Shown in pieces: positions 21,008-31,927 of a stretch of DNA of 64,000 nucleotides. The notes below the pieces were generated by a model that saw only the letters and a program-made list of their open reading frames with translations, searched no databases and had not been told where the DNA came from. Made by a program: the position numbers and the translations under genes. The number at the start of each line of letters is the position of its first letter. Position 1 is the stretch's first letter. Where the stretch lies: assembly GCA_965243135.1 (NCBI GenBank), contig OZ251539.1:2400001-2464000 (forward strand), given 5' to 3'. Source of the DNA: Alphaproteobacteria bacterium. Lineage in GTDB: Bacteria > Pseudomonadota > Alphaproteobacteria > MPNO01 > UBA830.

Positions 21008-23068
21008 TTGACGAACGAAGGCAGCATCCGGCTGGCGGCGGATATCGGGGGCACGTTCACCGACGTCGCCGCCTTCGATCCGGCCTCCGGACGCCTCGTC
21101 TTCGCCAAGACGTTGTCGACGTCCGATTCGCTTATCGACGGAATCGAGGAGGGAGCGAAAAAAAGCGGCGCCGCGTTCGCCGACGCCGACCTTTTCCTGC
21201 ACGGTTCCACGATCGCCATCAACACGATTCTGGAACGGACCGGGGCGCGAACGGCGCTTCTGATCACGCGCGGCTTCCGCGACATATACGAAATCGGGCG
21301 CGTCAACCGGCCGGATTCCTACAATCTCTTCTTTCGCAAGCACGAGCCGCTCGTCGAACGGGCGCTGCGCTTCGAAGCGGCGGAACGCATGTACGCCGAA
21401 GGCGCCGTTCGGGAACCGCTCGACGAAGAGCAGGTGACCTCCCTCTGCGCGGACCTGCGCGCCGAGGGCGTCGAAGCGGTCGCGATCCTGTTCCTTCACT
21501 GCTACGCGAATCCCGGGCACGAATTGCGGGCGCGCGAGATCGTCGAGCGCGAACTGCCGGACGCCTTCGTTTCGACCTCCCACGAACTCACCCGCGAGTA
21601 CCGCGAATTCGAACGTTGTTCCACGGTGGTCGCGAACGCCTACGTCGGCCCCCGCGTGCGCGGCTATCTCGGCGGAATCGACCGGCGAATCCGCGCCCGC
21701 GGATTCGAGGGATCGTTTCTCGTGGTCCAGTCGACCGGCGGCCTTTACGCCAGCGAACAGGCGGAGCGGCAATGCATTCGCATGCTTGAATCGGGCCCGG
21801 CCGCGGGCGTCGTCGGAACGCGCGCGCTGTGCGAAGCGACCGGAATGCAAAACGCCATCGCGTTCGACATGGGAGGAACGACGGCGAAAGCGGGCGTCGT
21901 CCAGGACGGCGCGGCGCTGACCACCGGCAGCGCTCTCGTCGGCGGTACCGGCCTGCCCGTCCAAATCGCGATGATGGACATCTTCGAGGTCGGCACGGGC
22001 GGCGGGTCCGTCGCGCATGTCGAGACGGAAGGCGGTTTCCGCGTGGGCCCCCGCAGCGCGGGCGCGCGGCCGGGCCCGGCATGCTACGGCTTCGGCGGCC
22101 TTGAGCCGACCGTGACCGACGCCAATCTCCTGCTCGGCCGGCTGGACTCCGAACGGTTTCTCGGCGGCGAGATGACGCTCGACGCCGCGGCGGCGGAAGA
22201 CGCCGTTCGAAACCGGATCGCGGACCCGTTCGGCATGGATGCGATCGCGGCGGCGCGGGGCATTCTTCGCGTCGCCGTCACCTCGATGTCGCACGCCGTC
22301 CGGGCCGTCACGACGGAACGCGGGTTGCATGCGGGCGACTTCGCCATGGTCGCCTATGGCGGCGCGGGTCCGCTGCACGCCTGCGACATCGCCCGGGAGA
22401 TGGGAATATGCCGCGTCGTCATCCCGCCTTCTCCGGGCCATTTTTCGGCTTTCGGCATGTTGTTCTCCGACTTGCGCCACGACTTCGTGCGATCATGCTT
22501 CATCCGCCTCGCCGAAGCGGATTTCGCCGATATCGACGCGATCTACGCGGAGCTCGAAGCGGAAGGCCGCAGAGAAATCGGAAGGGCGTCGGTCGCCCCC
22601 GAACGCGTCGTGATTTCCCGCGCCGCGGACATGCGCTACGTCGGGCAGGAGCACGCGGTCACCGTGAACCTCCCGCCCGGCAAACAGGATCGCGGCGCCG
22701 TCAAATCGCGGTTCGACGCCGAGCACGAATTGCGATACGGAACCTGCGCGCCGCAGGAGCAGGCGGAAATCGTCAGTCTGCGCCTCGCGGCGACGGGCAT
22801 CCTCGGAAAGCCGACGATCGGAACCGTCGCCCCGGGAGGCGGCTCTCCCCCGCCCGAAGCGCGAACCGGCGTCCGCAGGGTCGTCTTCGAGAGCGGCCCG
22901 GTCGAAGCGTCGACCTGGACCCGGCCGAAACTGCTCGCCGGAAACCGCATCGAGGGACCGGCGCTGATCGAGGAACACGCTTCGACCACGGCGCTGGAAC
23001 CCGGCGACGCGCTCGAAGTGGACGGGTTCGGCAACCTTTCGGTCGCCGTGAGAGGACGTCGGCCATGA
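21008..23068 (+). CDS. Hydantoinase/oxoprolinase family, subunit A
   Basis: DIGGTFTD, ESGPAAG, DMGGTT, PTVTDA, MRYVGQ. Confidence 0.93.
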   Translation: MTNEGSIRLAADIGGTFTDVAAFDPASGRLVFAKTLSTSDSLIDGIEEGAKKSGAAFADADLFLHGSTIAINTILERTGARTALLITRGFRDIYEIGRVNRPDSYNLFFRKHEPLVERALRFEAAERMYAEGAVREPLDEEQVTSLCADLRAEGVEAVAILFLHCYANPGHELRAREIVERELPDAFVSTSHELTREYREFERCSTVVANAYVGPRVRGYLGGIDRRIRARGFEGSFLVVQSTGGLYASEQAERQCIRMLESGPAAGVVGTRALCEATGMQNAIAFDMGGTTAKAGVVQDGAALTTGSALVGGTGLPVQIAMMDIFEVGTGGGSVAHVETEGGFRVGPRSAGARPGPACYGFGGLEPTVTDANLLLGRLDSERFLGGEMTLDAAAAEDAVRNRIADPFGMDAIAAARGILRVAVTSMSHAVRAVTTERGLHAGDFAMVAYGGAGPLHACDIAREMGICRVVIPPSPGHFSAFGMLFSDLRHDFVRSCFIRLAEADFADIDAIYAELEAEGRREIGRASVAPERVVISRAADMRYVGQEHAVTVNLPPGKQDRGAVKSRFDAEHELRYGTCAPQEQAEIVSLRLAATGILGKPTIGTVAPGGGSPPPEARTGVRRVVFESGPVEASTWTRPKLLAGNRIEGPALIEEHASTTALEPGDALEVDGFGNLSVAVRGRRP

Positions 23069-24813
23069 ACGAAAGAACGGTCGACCCGGTGATCACCGAG
23101 ATCGTGCGCAACGGCGTCGTCGCGATCACCGAGGAGATGAAGGCCAACCTCATGCGCACCGCCTACAACATGATCATCTACGAAGCGCTAGACTTCACGG
23201 TGGGGCTGTTCACCGCCCGCGGAGAAACCGTCTCCATCGGACTCGGGCTGCCGATGTTCATTCGCGGCATGGCGGAGACGATCAAGGCGAAACTCAGGCA
23301 TTTCGGCCCGGAGGGAATAAAACAGGGCGACATTCTGCTGACCAACGACGCATACATCACGGGCAGTCATCTCAACCACATGACGTTCTCCCTGCCGGTA
23401 TTCGTCGACGGCGAACTGGCCGCTTTCGCTTGCTGCATGGCGCACTGGCCCGACATCGGGGGCACGCTCGACGGGATCACGACCGACATCTATTCCGAAG
23501 GCTTGCAACTTCCGATCGTGAAGTACCGGCGCGAAGGGGTCGTGAACGAGGAACTTGTCGACATCATCAGGGCCAATGTCAGGCTTCCCGACCGCGCGAT
23601 GGGCGATCTGCGCGCGCAACTGACGGCGATCGCGACCGGCGAAACCAGATACCTCGAGCTCATCGAGAGATACGGGAAGGAGCGGGTCGCGGCTTCGATC
23701 GAGGAGATCATGGACCGGTCCGAACGGACGGCCCGCGCGAACGCGCGGTCGATACCCGACGGAGTCTACGAGGCCGAATCGTTCATGGACGACGACGGCG
23801 TCGACATTTCGACGCCGATCCCCATCCGGGTGCGCGTGATCGTCGAAGGCGACGAAATGACGGTCGATCTTTCGGACGTCGCCGAACAGGTGCGCGGTTT
23901 CTACAACTCGGGCGTCACGACGGGCCACGCCTGCGCGCAGGTCGCGTTCAAGTGCCTGACTTCCCCGACCGACTACCCCATCAACGACGGCTCCTTCCGC
24001 AACCTGAAGACCGTCGTCCCGGCCGGGCGCGTGATCAGCGCCGTAAAGCCGGCGCCCATGCGCTGGTGGATGACCTTTCCGATGACCATCGTCGACACCA
24101 TCTTCAGGGCGCTGACGCCGGCCATCCCCGACAGGACCATTGCAGGTCATCACGCGGACCTCGTCATCGGCATGCTCAACGGGATCAATTCGCGAACCAA
24201 CGAATTCTATATCGCGTTCATCGGCCCGACGGGCGGCGGCTGGGGCGCCAAGAAATCGGAAGACGGGGTAAGCGCGACCGTCTGCATCAACGACGGCGAC
24301 ACGCATAACAGCCCGGCGGAACAGCTGGAGGCCAAGTATCCGCTGCTGATCGAAAGCTACGCGCTGCGCGGCGACTCCGGCGGCGCGGGAGAACGGCGGG
24401 GAGGGCTCGGCTGCGAGAACGTCGTCGAGGCGAGAGACGATCTGATGCTGAACGCCCAGGTCGACCGGATGCATTGCAAGCCTTGGGGCCTCGAGGGAGG
24501 TCTGGACGCCGCCGGAAACCAGGTAACCCTGCGGATCGACGGAGTCTGGCGCGAAGATTATCCGAACGCCAAGTTGCTCACGGCCCGCATCAAGGCCGGA
24601 GACGCTTTCGCCGTGCGTTCGGGCGGCGGCGGCGGGTTCGGCGATCCTCTGTCGCGGCCGGCGCCGGAAGTGGCTTCGGACGTCCGAAACGGATACGTGT
24701 CCGCGGCGGCGGCGCGCAGGGATTACGGCGTCGTCTGCAACGAGGGCGAACTGGACGAAGAGGCCACCGATCGACTGCGCGCCGAACGACGCGCGGCGGC
24801 AAGGGGGGATTGA
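23065..24813 (+). CDS. Hydantoinase B/oxoprolinase family
   Basis: ATGA overlap; NDAYITGSHLN, AHWPDIGG, DSGGAGERRGGLG, GGGGGFGDP. Confidence 0.93.
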   Translation: MNERTVDPVITEIVRNGVVAITEEMKANLMRTAYNMIIYEALDFTVGLFTARGETVSIGLGLPMFIRGMAETIKAKLRHFGPEGIKQGDILLTNDAYITGSHLNHMTFSLPVFVDGELAAFACCMAHWPDIGGTLDGITTDIYSEGLQLPIVKYRREGVVNEELVDIIRANVRLPDRAMGDLRAQLTAIATGETRYLELIERYGKERVAASIEEIMDRSERTARANARSIPDGVYEAESFMDDDGVDISTPIPIRVRVIVEGDEMTVDLSDVAEQVRGFYNSGVTTGHACAQVAFKCLTSPTDYPINDGSFRNLKTVVPAGRVISAVKPAPMRWWMTFPMTIVDTIFRALTPAIPDRTIAGHHADLVIGMLNGINSRTNEFYIAFIGPTGGGWGAKKSEDGVSATVCINDGDTHNSPAEQLEAKYPLLIESYALRGDSGGAGERRGGLGCENVVEARDDLMLNAQVDRMHCKPWGLEGGLDAAGNQVTLRIDGVWREDYPNAKLLTARIKAGDAFAVRSGGGGGFGDPLSRPAPEVASDVRNGYVSAAAARRDYGVVCNEGELDEEATDRLRAERRAAARGD

Positions 24814-25150
24814 AATCCGGCGCGGCGCAACCGGGCGAACCCGGCGCCTGCCCCGGCCTTTCTCCTCCGGCGGGAGGAGAAGTCCCGAAAGAACGGCCGG
24901 GTTCGGGCTGCGGTCGGAAAGCTTGCCGCCCGGCCCGCCTGCCCGCTTCTTCGGAAAGGAGACGCCGCGGCGTCCGTCGGCGCTGCCGGCCCTCCGCCCG
25001 GACATCGCAACGAATCTTCGCCGGACGAATTTCCCGAAACATGGAAATTGCGCCATTTGCATGGACAACTTGGTTGACATATCATATGACAAATAGAGGC
25101 TAAGAAATAAAATAACTGTTAAATATCAAAGTGTTGAAACGATAAGGGAA

Positions 25151-26368
25151 GTGACAACAGGGTTGACAGGCAAACGGTCATACGAACGGACGCATCCTTG
25201 GTTGACCTTTCGGTTCGACCTGAACCGATTGCGCTCGGCGGACTGGCTGGCCCTCGGAGAAGCGGCTTCCAAGAGCGAACACATCGCGGGCGCAGCTCTC
25301 GACCCCGAGATCGCGGACAATCTTCACAGCCTGTATCTCGCCAGGGGCGCGCTCGCGACGACAGCGATCGAAGGCAACACATTGTCGGAGAGCGAGGTCC
25401 GGGAACGCATCGACGGCACGCTGCGATTGCCCCCGTCTCGCGAATATCTGGGTCGGGAAATCGACAACATTGTCGACGCCTGCAACATGCTCGCCAACGA
25501 ACTGGACGAGAAGAACCGCATTCCGCTGACCGTCGAACGGATCAGGTGGATGAACGAAATGGCGTTGCGCAATTTGAAGGCCGAGGACCACATAGCGCCG
25601 GGTCGGATCCGAAGGACCGACGTATCCGTCGGCAGCTATCGTTGCCCGAATTGGCAAGACGCGGAATTTCTCTTGTCGCGGCTATGCACGGTGCTGGAAT
25701 CGTTCGCTTTGCCGCAGGGCGATCAGGTTCCCCATGCGATCCTGAAAGCGATATTCGCCCATCTCTACCTGGTATGGATTCATCCGTTCGGCGACGGCAA
25801 CGGCCGCACGGCGCGCCTCGTCGAATTGGCCATCCTGCTGGAAGCCGGCGTGCCGTTGCCCGCCTGCCATCTGTTGAGCAGTCACTACAACCTGACGCGA
25901 ACCGAATACTATCGGCAGCTGGCGCAAGCCAGCCGGACGGAAAACGGAATATACCGGTTCGCAGCCTATGCCATCGCCGGGCTGGTCGATGGATTGCGCG
26001 GGCAGATCGAGGAAATCCGGGAGCACCAACTGGATGTCGCGTGGATCAACTTCGTCTACCGGCGGTTTCGCGACATGAAAGGCTCGGGCGCGCGACGCCT
26101 GCGCACCCTGGCCTTGGCTCTGCCGCAGGTTCGGGAAGAGACCGCGGTCGACCAACTGCCGAATCTCACCGCCGACCTCGCGCGAGCCTATGCGAACGTC
26201 TCGCGCAGAACGCTGGTCCGCGACGTCGACGCGCTTGAGCGGATGGGCTTGCTATTGCGCGGCCGGGGCACCGTAAGAGCGGGCCGCGAACAAATCCTCG
26301 CGTTGTTGCCTTGGCGGAACCGTACTGCCGCCGAACAGGCAGCCGGGCGGAACGGTTCGGCCCTCTGA
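25151..26368 (+). CDS. Fic family protein with C-terminal HTH-like region
   Basis: Canonical HPFGDGNGRTAR; N-terminal TTAIEGN inhibitory-type motif; C-terminal SRRTLVRDVDALERMGLL. Confidence 0.92.
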   Translation: MTTGLTGKRSYERTHPWLTFRFDLNRLRSADWLALGEAASKSEHIAGAALDPEIADNLHSLYLARGALATTAIEGNTLSESEVRERIDGTLRLPPSREYLGREIDNIVDACNMLANELDEKNRIPLTVERIRWMNEMALRNLKAEDHIAPGRIRRTDVSVGSYRCPNWQDAEFLLSRLCTVLESFALPQGDQVPHAILKAIFAHLYLVWIHPFGDGNGRTARLVELAILLEAGVPLPACHLLSSHYNLTRTEYYRQLAQASRTENGIYRFAAYAIAGLVDGLRGQIEEIREHQLDVAWINFVYRRFRDMKGSGARRLRTLALALPQVREETAVDQLPNLTADLARAYANVSRRTLVRDVDALERMGLLLRGRGTVRAGREQILALLPWRNRTAAEQAAGRNGSAL

Positions 26369-26705
26369 ACGCCAATCAATGAAAGCGGCCGCCTGAAACG
26401 AGCCCGGGTTGCCCGGCTCTTCGCTCGCCGCTCGGCGGACGCAGGACCAAGAGCTGGCCACCCAGACGATTCACGCCGGTTGTCGATGTCCGGCGACGGC
26501 GAGGTCCCCTCGCGGTCCAGCCTTTCTTCCCCTGGACTGGCCCGGTCCCGTTGCGCGACATGGATTCGGCAGCGCGCGTTGGCGTCGAGGCCAGGATCGG
26601 CAAAACCATGTAATGTCTCCGCTCTCTCGCTTCCGTCCGAAAAACCGGCGGCGGCGCGGCGCCGGTCGCGAACGGCGAACCTGCGCCATTCCAAAGGAAC
26701 TCCAT

Positions 26706-28322
26706 ATGAACGTTGCAAGCATCGTCGTCGAAACGTTGATCGCCAACGGCATCGACCAGCTCTATTGCCTTCCCGGCGTTCAGAACGATCCCTTTTTCGA
26801 CGCGCTCCACGACCGGACGGACGCCTTGGCGCCCGTCCAGACGCGTCATGAACAGGGGGCGGCCTACATGGCCACGGGCGCGGCGTTGGCGACAGGCCGG
26901 CCGCAGGCCTTCTGCGTGGTGCCCGGTCCCGGGTTTCTCAACGCGACGGCCGCCCTTTCGACGGCGTGGGCGGTCAACGCGCCGGTTCTGGCGCTGGTCG
27001 GACAGATCCCGCTTGGCGCCATCGGCAAGGGCCGCGGCCTTCTGCATGAAATACCCGATCAGCTGGGCATGATGAGAAGCCTGACCAAACAGGCGAAACG
27101 GATCTCCGGCGGCGCCGAAGCGCATGCCGTCCTGCAGGACGCGTTCGCCGCATTGCGCTCCGGCCGTCCGCGGCCGGTCGGGGTGGAAGTGCCGGTGGAC
27201 GTCTGGTCGGCCGAACTTCCGGAAGCGCCGGCCGACCTCGTATCCGCCCCGCGGGGAACTCCGGCCGTCGACGAGGAGGCGATCGCGAGGGCCGCTGCGC
27301 TGCTCTCGAACGCGGAGCGCCCGCTCATCGTGGTCGGCGGAGGCGCGAGGGATTTCAGCGAGGAAATAACGCGGCTCGCCGAAACCCTGTCGGCCCCGGT
27401 CCTCTCCTTCCGCAACGGGAAAGGGGTCGTTTCCGCCGACAACCCCCTTTCCATCGGGATGCCCGTCGCGCACGACCTGTGGGGCAAGGTAGACGTCGCG
27501 CTCGGTCTCGGCACCAGGCTGAGCCAGCGGATGGCCTGGGGCGTGGACGAGGGCCTCAAGATCGTCCACGTCGACATCGACCCGGAGGAAATCCGCCGTT
27601 TCGGCGACCCCGATCTGGCCGTCAACGCCGATCTGGCCGACGCGCTGCCTGCCCTTCTGGGCGCTCTCGAAGGCCGCGAGCGCCGCGACTGGCTCGCGGA
27701 GACGACCGCGGCCAAGAATCGTTTCGCCGCCGTCTACGCCGACCGGCTCGCCCCGCAGATGGCCTGGCTGAACGCGATCCGCGCCGAACTGCCGCGGGAC
27801 GGCATATTCGTCGACGAGCTGACGCAGATGGGATACGTCTCGCGCTTCGCCTTCGACTGCTACGCGCCGCGCACCTTCGTTTCGACCGGTTACCAAGGAA
27901 CGCTGGGCTACGGCTTCGCGACCGCCCTCGGAGTCGCCCATGCCCGGCGCGACGTGCCGGTCGTCGCGATCTCCGGCGACGGCGGCGCCCTGTTCGCGAT
28001 CGGCGAAATGGCCACGGCCGTGCATCACCGGATTCCGCTGACGACGGTGGTCTTCAACGACAACGCTTTCGGCAACGTTCGCCTGCTGCAGAAGGACCAT
28101 TACGACAGCCGCTTCATCGCCAGCGATCTGACGAGTCCCGATTTCGCGAAGCTTGCGGAAAGCTTCGGCGCCCGGGGACTCCGCGCCGCCACGCCGGAGG
28201 AACTGCGGACGCGGTTGCGGGAAGCGTTCGGGTCGCGGGAGCCCGCCCTGATCGAAGTGCCCGTCGGCGAACTGCCGAGTCCGTGGGAGTTCCTGATGAT
28301 GCCGAAGGTGCGGGGACGATAG
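26706..28322 (+). CDS. Thiamine diphosphate-dependent enzyme (acetolactate synthase-like)
   Basis: RHEQGA, VPGPG, GDGG...FNDN ThDP-binding motif. Confidence 0.92.
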   Translation: MNVASIVVETLIANGIDQLYCLPGVQNDPFFDALHDRTDALAPVQTRHEQGAAYMATGAALATGRPQAFCVVPGPGFLNATAALSTAWAVNAPVLALVGQIPLGAIGKGRGLLHEIPDQLGMMRSLTKQAKRISGGAEAHAVLQDAFAALRSGRPRPVGVEVPVDVWSAELPEAPADLVSAPRGTPAVDEEAIARAAALLSNAERPLIVVGGGARDFSEEITRLAETLSAPVLSFRNGKGVVSADNPLSIGMPVAHDLWGKVDVALGLGTRLSQRMAWGVDEGLKIVHVDIDPEEIRRFGDPDLAVNADLADALPALLGALEGRERRDWLAETTAAKNRFAAVYADRLAPQMAWLNAIRAELPRDGIFVDELTQMGYVSRFAFDCYAPRTFVSTGYQGTLGYGFATALGVAHARRDVPVVAISGDGGALFAIGEMATAVHHRIPLTTVVFNDNAFGNVRLLQKDHYDSRFIASDLTSPDFAKLAESFGARGLRAATPEELRTRLREAFGSREPALIEVPVGELPSPWEFLMMPKVRGR

Positions 28323-28432
28323 GACGGAGGCCCGAGGCGACGCCTTGCCGCCGCGGGACGCCGGTTCGCATGCCGGCCGGCGACGGAGGCCGACTCCGCC
28401 GAGGACGCCGTCGACGACGACGAACGGTAGAT

Positions 28433-29641
28433 CTACGCAGGCGCGCGCTCGGGAAGCGACATCAGCAATCCGACGAGCGCCGTGGCCGCCGCCAGCGCCA
28501 GATAGCCCGGAGCGAAAGATCCCGTAATCTGCGTCGCGAGGCCGAAGGCGGGCGGAGCCGTCACCACCCCGGCGAAGGTGACGAAAAGGCCGCCGCCGGT
28601 CGCCCTGCTGACCTCGTCCGGCGCGACTCGCCGCGAAACCTCGGCGAGATAGACGCCGTTCCACGCTACGCCCGTCGCTCCGAACGCCGCGCAAACGCCG
28701 TAGACCGCCCAATGCTGCCAATTCGCCGAGATCGCCGCCGTCGCCGCGGCGCTGGCCGCCATGCCGAACGCCAGGAGCGCCAGAATTCTTCCGCTCCGCC
28801 CGGTCGCGTCCGCCACGCCGCCCCAGAACACGCGCCCGACGACGCCCGCCGCCCCAAGGACGGAAAGCGCAAGGCCCGCGTCCCGGTTGGACCACCCTAT
28901 CCCGGTTTCGAGATAGGTGACGAGGAAATAGATGTAGCTCTGCTGAATCGCGGCGAACAGGAAGGAGCCAAGAACCAGCAGGCGCAGTTCCCTTCTCCGA
29001 AAAACCAGACGAAGCGGCGCCGCGACGCTGTCCCGCAGCAACGGCGCCGCCGGACGCAGATCGACGTCGAAACGGCGCCGCGGGATCTGAAGCGCCGCCG
29101 CTCCGAGAAGCACCGTCGCCGCTACCGCCCGCAACGCGCCCTGCCAATCCAGCAGGACGAGAAACATCGGGACGACCAACCCGGTAACGAGCCCGCCGAG
29201 AGGAACGCCCGTCTGCTTGATGGAAAAGACCAGAGAGAGAAATCGCGGGGGCGTGTGGCGGGAGAGAACGTGGCTGCTGGCGGGCGTCGTAGGGCCGTAG
29301 CCCAGCCCGCAAACCAGCGCCGACAGCGCCAGCAAGAGCCAGTGAGACCCGGAACCGGCAAGGACGCCGACGGCGCAAATCGCCATGGCTGCCTGGCTGA
29401 ACCGGATCGCGCCGTAACGCAGGACGAAACCGCTCGCGGTCAGGGTGCCGACCATCGCGCCCAGATATACGAGCGAAGCGTAGATCCCGATGTTCTCGGG
29501 TCCGATGCCGATGTCGCGGGCCGCCTTCGGCGCCGCCACGGACAAAGCGAGCGTCGCCATCGTGACCAGCACCTGAACCGAAGTCGTCGCGACGAGCGCG
29601 GTGGCGACGGCTCCCGCCGACCTGTCGGCGCTCGCGCGCAT
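28433..29641 (-). CDS. MFS transporter
   Basis: About 12 TM segments; FSIKQTGVPLGG, GVADATGR. Confidence 0.88.
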   Translation of the reverse strand: MRASADRSAGAVATALVATTSVQVLVTMATLALSVAAPKAARDIGIGPENIGIYASLVYLGAMVGTLTASGFVLRYGAIRFSQAAMAICAVGVLAGSGSHWLLLALSALVCGLGYGPTTPASSHVLSRHTPPRFLSLVFSIKQTGVPLGGLVTGLVVPMFLVLLDWQGALRAVAATVLLGAAALQIPRRRFDVDLRPAAPLLRDSVAAPLRLVFRRRELRLLVLGSFLFAAIQQSYIYFLVTYLETGIGWSNRDAGLALSVLGAAGVVGRVFWGGVADATGRSGRILALLAFGMAASAAATAAISANWQHWAVYGVCAAFGATGVAWNGVYLAEVSRRVAPDEVSRATGGGLFVTFAGVVTAPPAFGLATQITGSFAPGYLALAAATALVGLLMSLPERAPA

Positions 29642-30909
29642 CAGTCGAGCGGCAACGAAATCAGCCCGTCCGCCAGCTTTGGATGAAACCATGTCGACTT
29701 GGGCGGCATGATCCTTTCGGCGTCCGCCACCGCCATGAGTTCGGCGACGCTGCAGGGAAACAGCGTGAAGCCCGCCGCCATCTCGCCGGAATCGACTTGC
29801 GCCGCGACGGCTTCTCCGCCATGCGAACCGCCTACGAAGGAGATGCGCGGATCCGTGGTCGGGCTGCCGATCCCCAGGTGCGGCTTCAACACCAGACGAT
29901 CGAGCAAACTGACGTCAAGGTTCGTCACCGGGTCTTCCGTCGCGTCCGGCTGCCTGAGCGTCAGCGAATGCCACTGCCCGGCAAGATAGAGCCCAAAGGA
30001 ACGAGGGGCGTTCGGACGAACCGGCCCGTCCATCGCGCGAACGTCGAAATCCCGCGCAAGCGCGCGAACCAGCTCCGCCGGCGCGAGAGCGCCCAGATCG
30101 CGCACGACGCGGTTGTAACTCAGGACGGACACCTCGTCCTCGGGAAAGCAGACGGCAAGAAAACCGCCGCAACTGCGGCCCGCCGCGCGCCGCGCCGCCG
30201 CCACGCGAGCGGCGGCGGCCGACCGGTGGTGTCCATCGCCGATGTAGAGCGCATCCAACGCGTTCATCGCCCGCGAGATGGCGGCGATGCGGTCGGCGTC
30301 GCGGACCGTCCAGACCTCGTGGCGAACGCCGTCGAAATCGGGCACGACCATGTCCGCCTTCCGGTCGGCCGCCGCATCGGCCAGAAGAGAGGCCAGAGGC
30401 CGGCTCGCGCGGTGCGTCATCAGGACCGGTCCGGTCATCGCGTCGACCGCCTCGATCTGGCGCTTACGGTCGTCCTCCTTCCGCGGCATGGTCAGTTCAT
30501 GCCTGCGAATCCGATTTTCGACATAGGCCTCGATCGAAGCGGAAACCGCCACGCCGGTCTGCGCGCGCCCGTTCGCGGCCATCCTGTAGACGTAATACGC
30601 AGGCGCCTCGTCGCGAACCAGCGTTCCGGACGCCTCGAGATCCTTCAGGTTTCGCGCCGCCGCTTCGTAGACCTCGCGAGAATGGGGATCGACGTCCTCC
30701 GCGAGGCCGGCTTCCGCGCGCGAGACGCGCAGAAAGCTGAGCGGGCGTTCGTTGACGATCCTCCGCGCTTCCTGGGCGCCGACGACGTCATAGGGGGGCG
30801 CGGCGATCTCCGCCGCGCGTTCCGGCGCCGGCCGAAGGCCGGCAAAAGGTCTGACAAGGGCGCGTTCGATCGCCGTTCGCCGCCCTTCCGGCGCCGCGTT
30901 GGCCGACAT
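29641..30909 (-). CDS. DUF1015 family protein
   Basis: APPYDVV, IRRHELT, YIGDGHHR, MPPKSTWFHPKL. Confidence 0.92.
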   Translation of the reverse strand: MSANAAPEGRRTAIERALVRPFAGLRPAPERAAEIAAPPYDVVGAQEARRIVNERPLSFLRVSRAEAGLAEDVDPHSREVYEAAARNLKDLEASGTLVRDEAPAYYVYRMAANGRAQTGVAVSASIEAYVENRIRRHELTMPRKEDDRKRQIEAVDAMTGPVLMTHRASRPLASLLADAAADRKADMVVPDFDGVRHEVWTVRDADRIAAISRAMNALDALYIGDGHHRSAAAARVAAARRAAGRSCGGFLAVCFPEDEVSVLSYNRVVRDLGALAPAELVRALARDFDVRAMDGPVRPNAPRSFGLYLAGQWHSLTLRQPDATEDPVTNLDVSLLDRLVLKPHLGIGSPTTDPRISFVGGSHGGEAVAAQVDSGEMAAGFTLFPCSVAELMAVADAERIMPPKSTWFHPKLADGLISLPLD

Positions 30910-30944
30910 TCGCCGTTCCCGTACGTTGGTTGAACCGAGGATGT

Positions 30945-31661
30945 CTACAGCGAATCGGCGCCTGCGCGCCTCTGGAAATACTCCCAGGCACGCCGTATCG
31001 AAAAGCCGCTCAGAAACGTCTCGGTGCAGCGGTCGATCTCGCCGTCCGACAGATATTCGATCCGCTCGTCCATGTTCATCGCGTCCTGGAGCAGGCGCGC
31101 GTTCACTTGAAGATAGATCGCGGTCATGACCGCGGCCTCGACGGAACGTCCGCTGACGGCGCAGCCGTGTCCGCGCATCAGAACGACGGTGTTGCCGCCC
31201 AGCGTCCTCGCGAGATCCCGGCCCTGGTCCATATTCACGACCAGAAGATTGGTGTCGCCGAACCCGGTCCGGATATCCCAAACGGGAACTCGCTTGCCGA
31301 TGGACGCTCCCACGTGCGCTACGGGCCGGAGCGGCGTGGGCGTCACGCCGAACGGTATGACGGCGTGCGAATGGTTATGAATCACGGCGTTCACGTCAGG
31401 CCGCGCTTCGTATATCGCCCCGTGAATGTGGCGTTCGGCGTAGGGCGTACGATCGTCGCCGACCGCCTCTCCGTTCAGCGTGAACTCCATCACGTCCGCC
31501 AAGGTTACCAGTTCCGGGCTGCGCGAACGGCTCATCAGGTAACGATTCGGATCTTCGGGATGGCGGACGCTCACGTGCCCGTAAGCGTCTACGACCTCCT
31601 CCCTCGCTAGGATCCTGTTCGCGACCACGACCTCGCGCATCGCGCCGGTCAGCCCGTGCAT
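30945..31661 (-). CDS. Class II aldolase/adducin family protein
   Basis: AYGHVSVR, ERHIHGAIYEARPDV, HNHS, LMRGHG. Confidence 0.9.
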   Translation of the reverse strand: MHGLTGAMREVVVANRILAREEVVDAYGHVSVRHPEDPNRYLMSRSRSPELVTLADVMEFTLNGEAVGDDRTPYAERHIHGAIYEARPDVNAVIHNHSHAVIPFGVTPTPLRPVAHVGASIGKRVPVWDIRTGFGDTNLLVVNMDQGRDLARTLGGNTVVLMRGHGCAVSGRSVEAAVMTAIYLQVNARLLQDAMNMDERIEYLSDGEIDRCTETFLSGFSIRRAWEYFQRRAGADSL

Positions 31662-31927
31662 ATCCGCCTCCGCATGGAGATAATTCGCCGTTCGGCGGTA
31701 ATAACATGAAGCCGCCGCAACGGCCAATCGCGGCGGGCGGCACGATAAAGTCGCCCGGCCGTTCGCTCAGGCAGCGGCGCGACGGCAAGCGCTGCCGGAA
31801 TCGCTTGGCTACGGTTTCTCGACCGCGAACGGCGAGGCTGCCCCAAGAGTCGAACGGAACGACCCGCAGGGCGCGCCCCGCGGGCCAGCGAGCGGCGCAG
31901 CGCGAACTTCTGTCCGGGGACGCGACA

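Noticed and set aside
25074-25105. Sigma70 promoter at TTGACA upstream of the Fic gene
   Set aside because: Perfect -35 but no convincing -10 at 16-18 bp spacing
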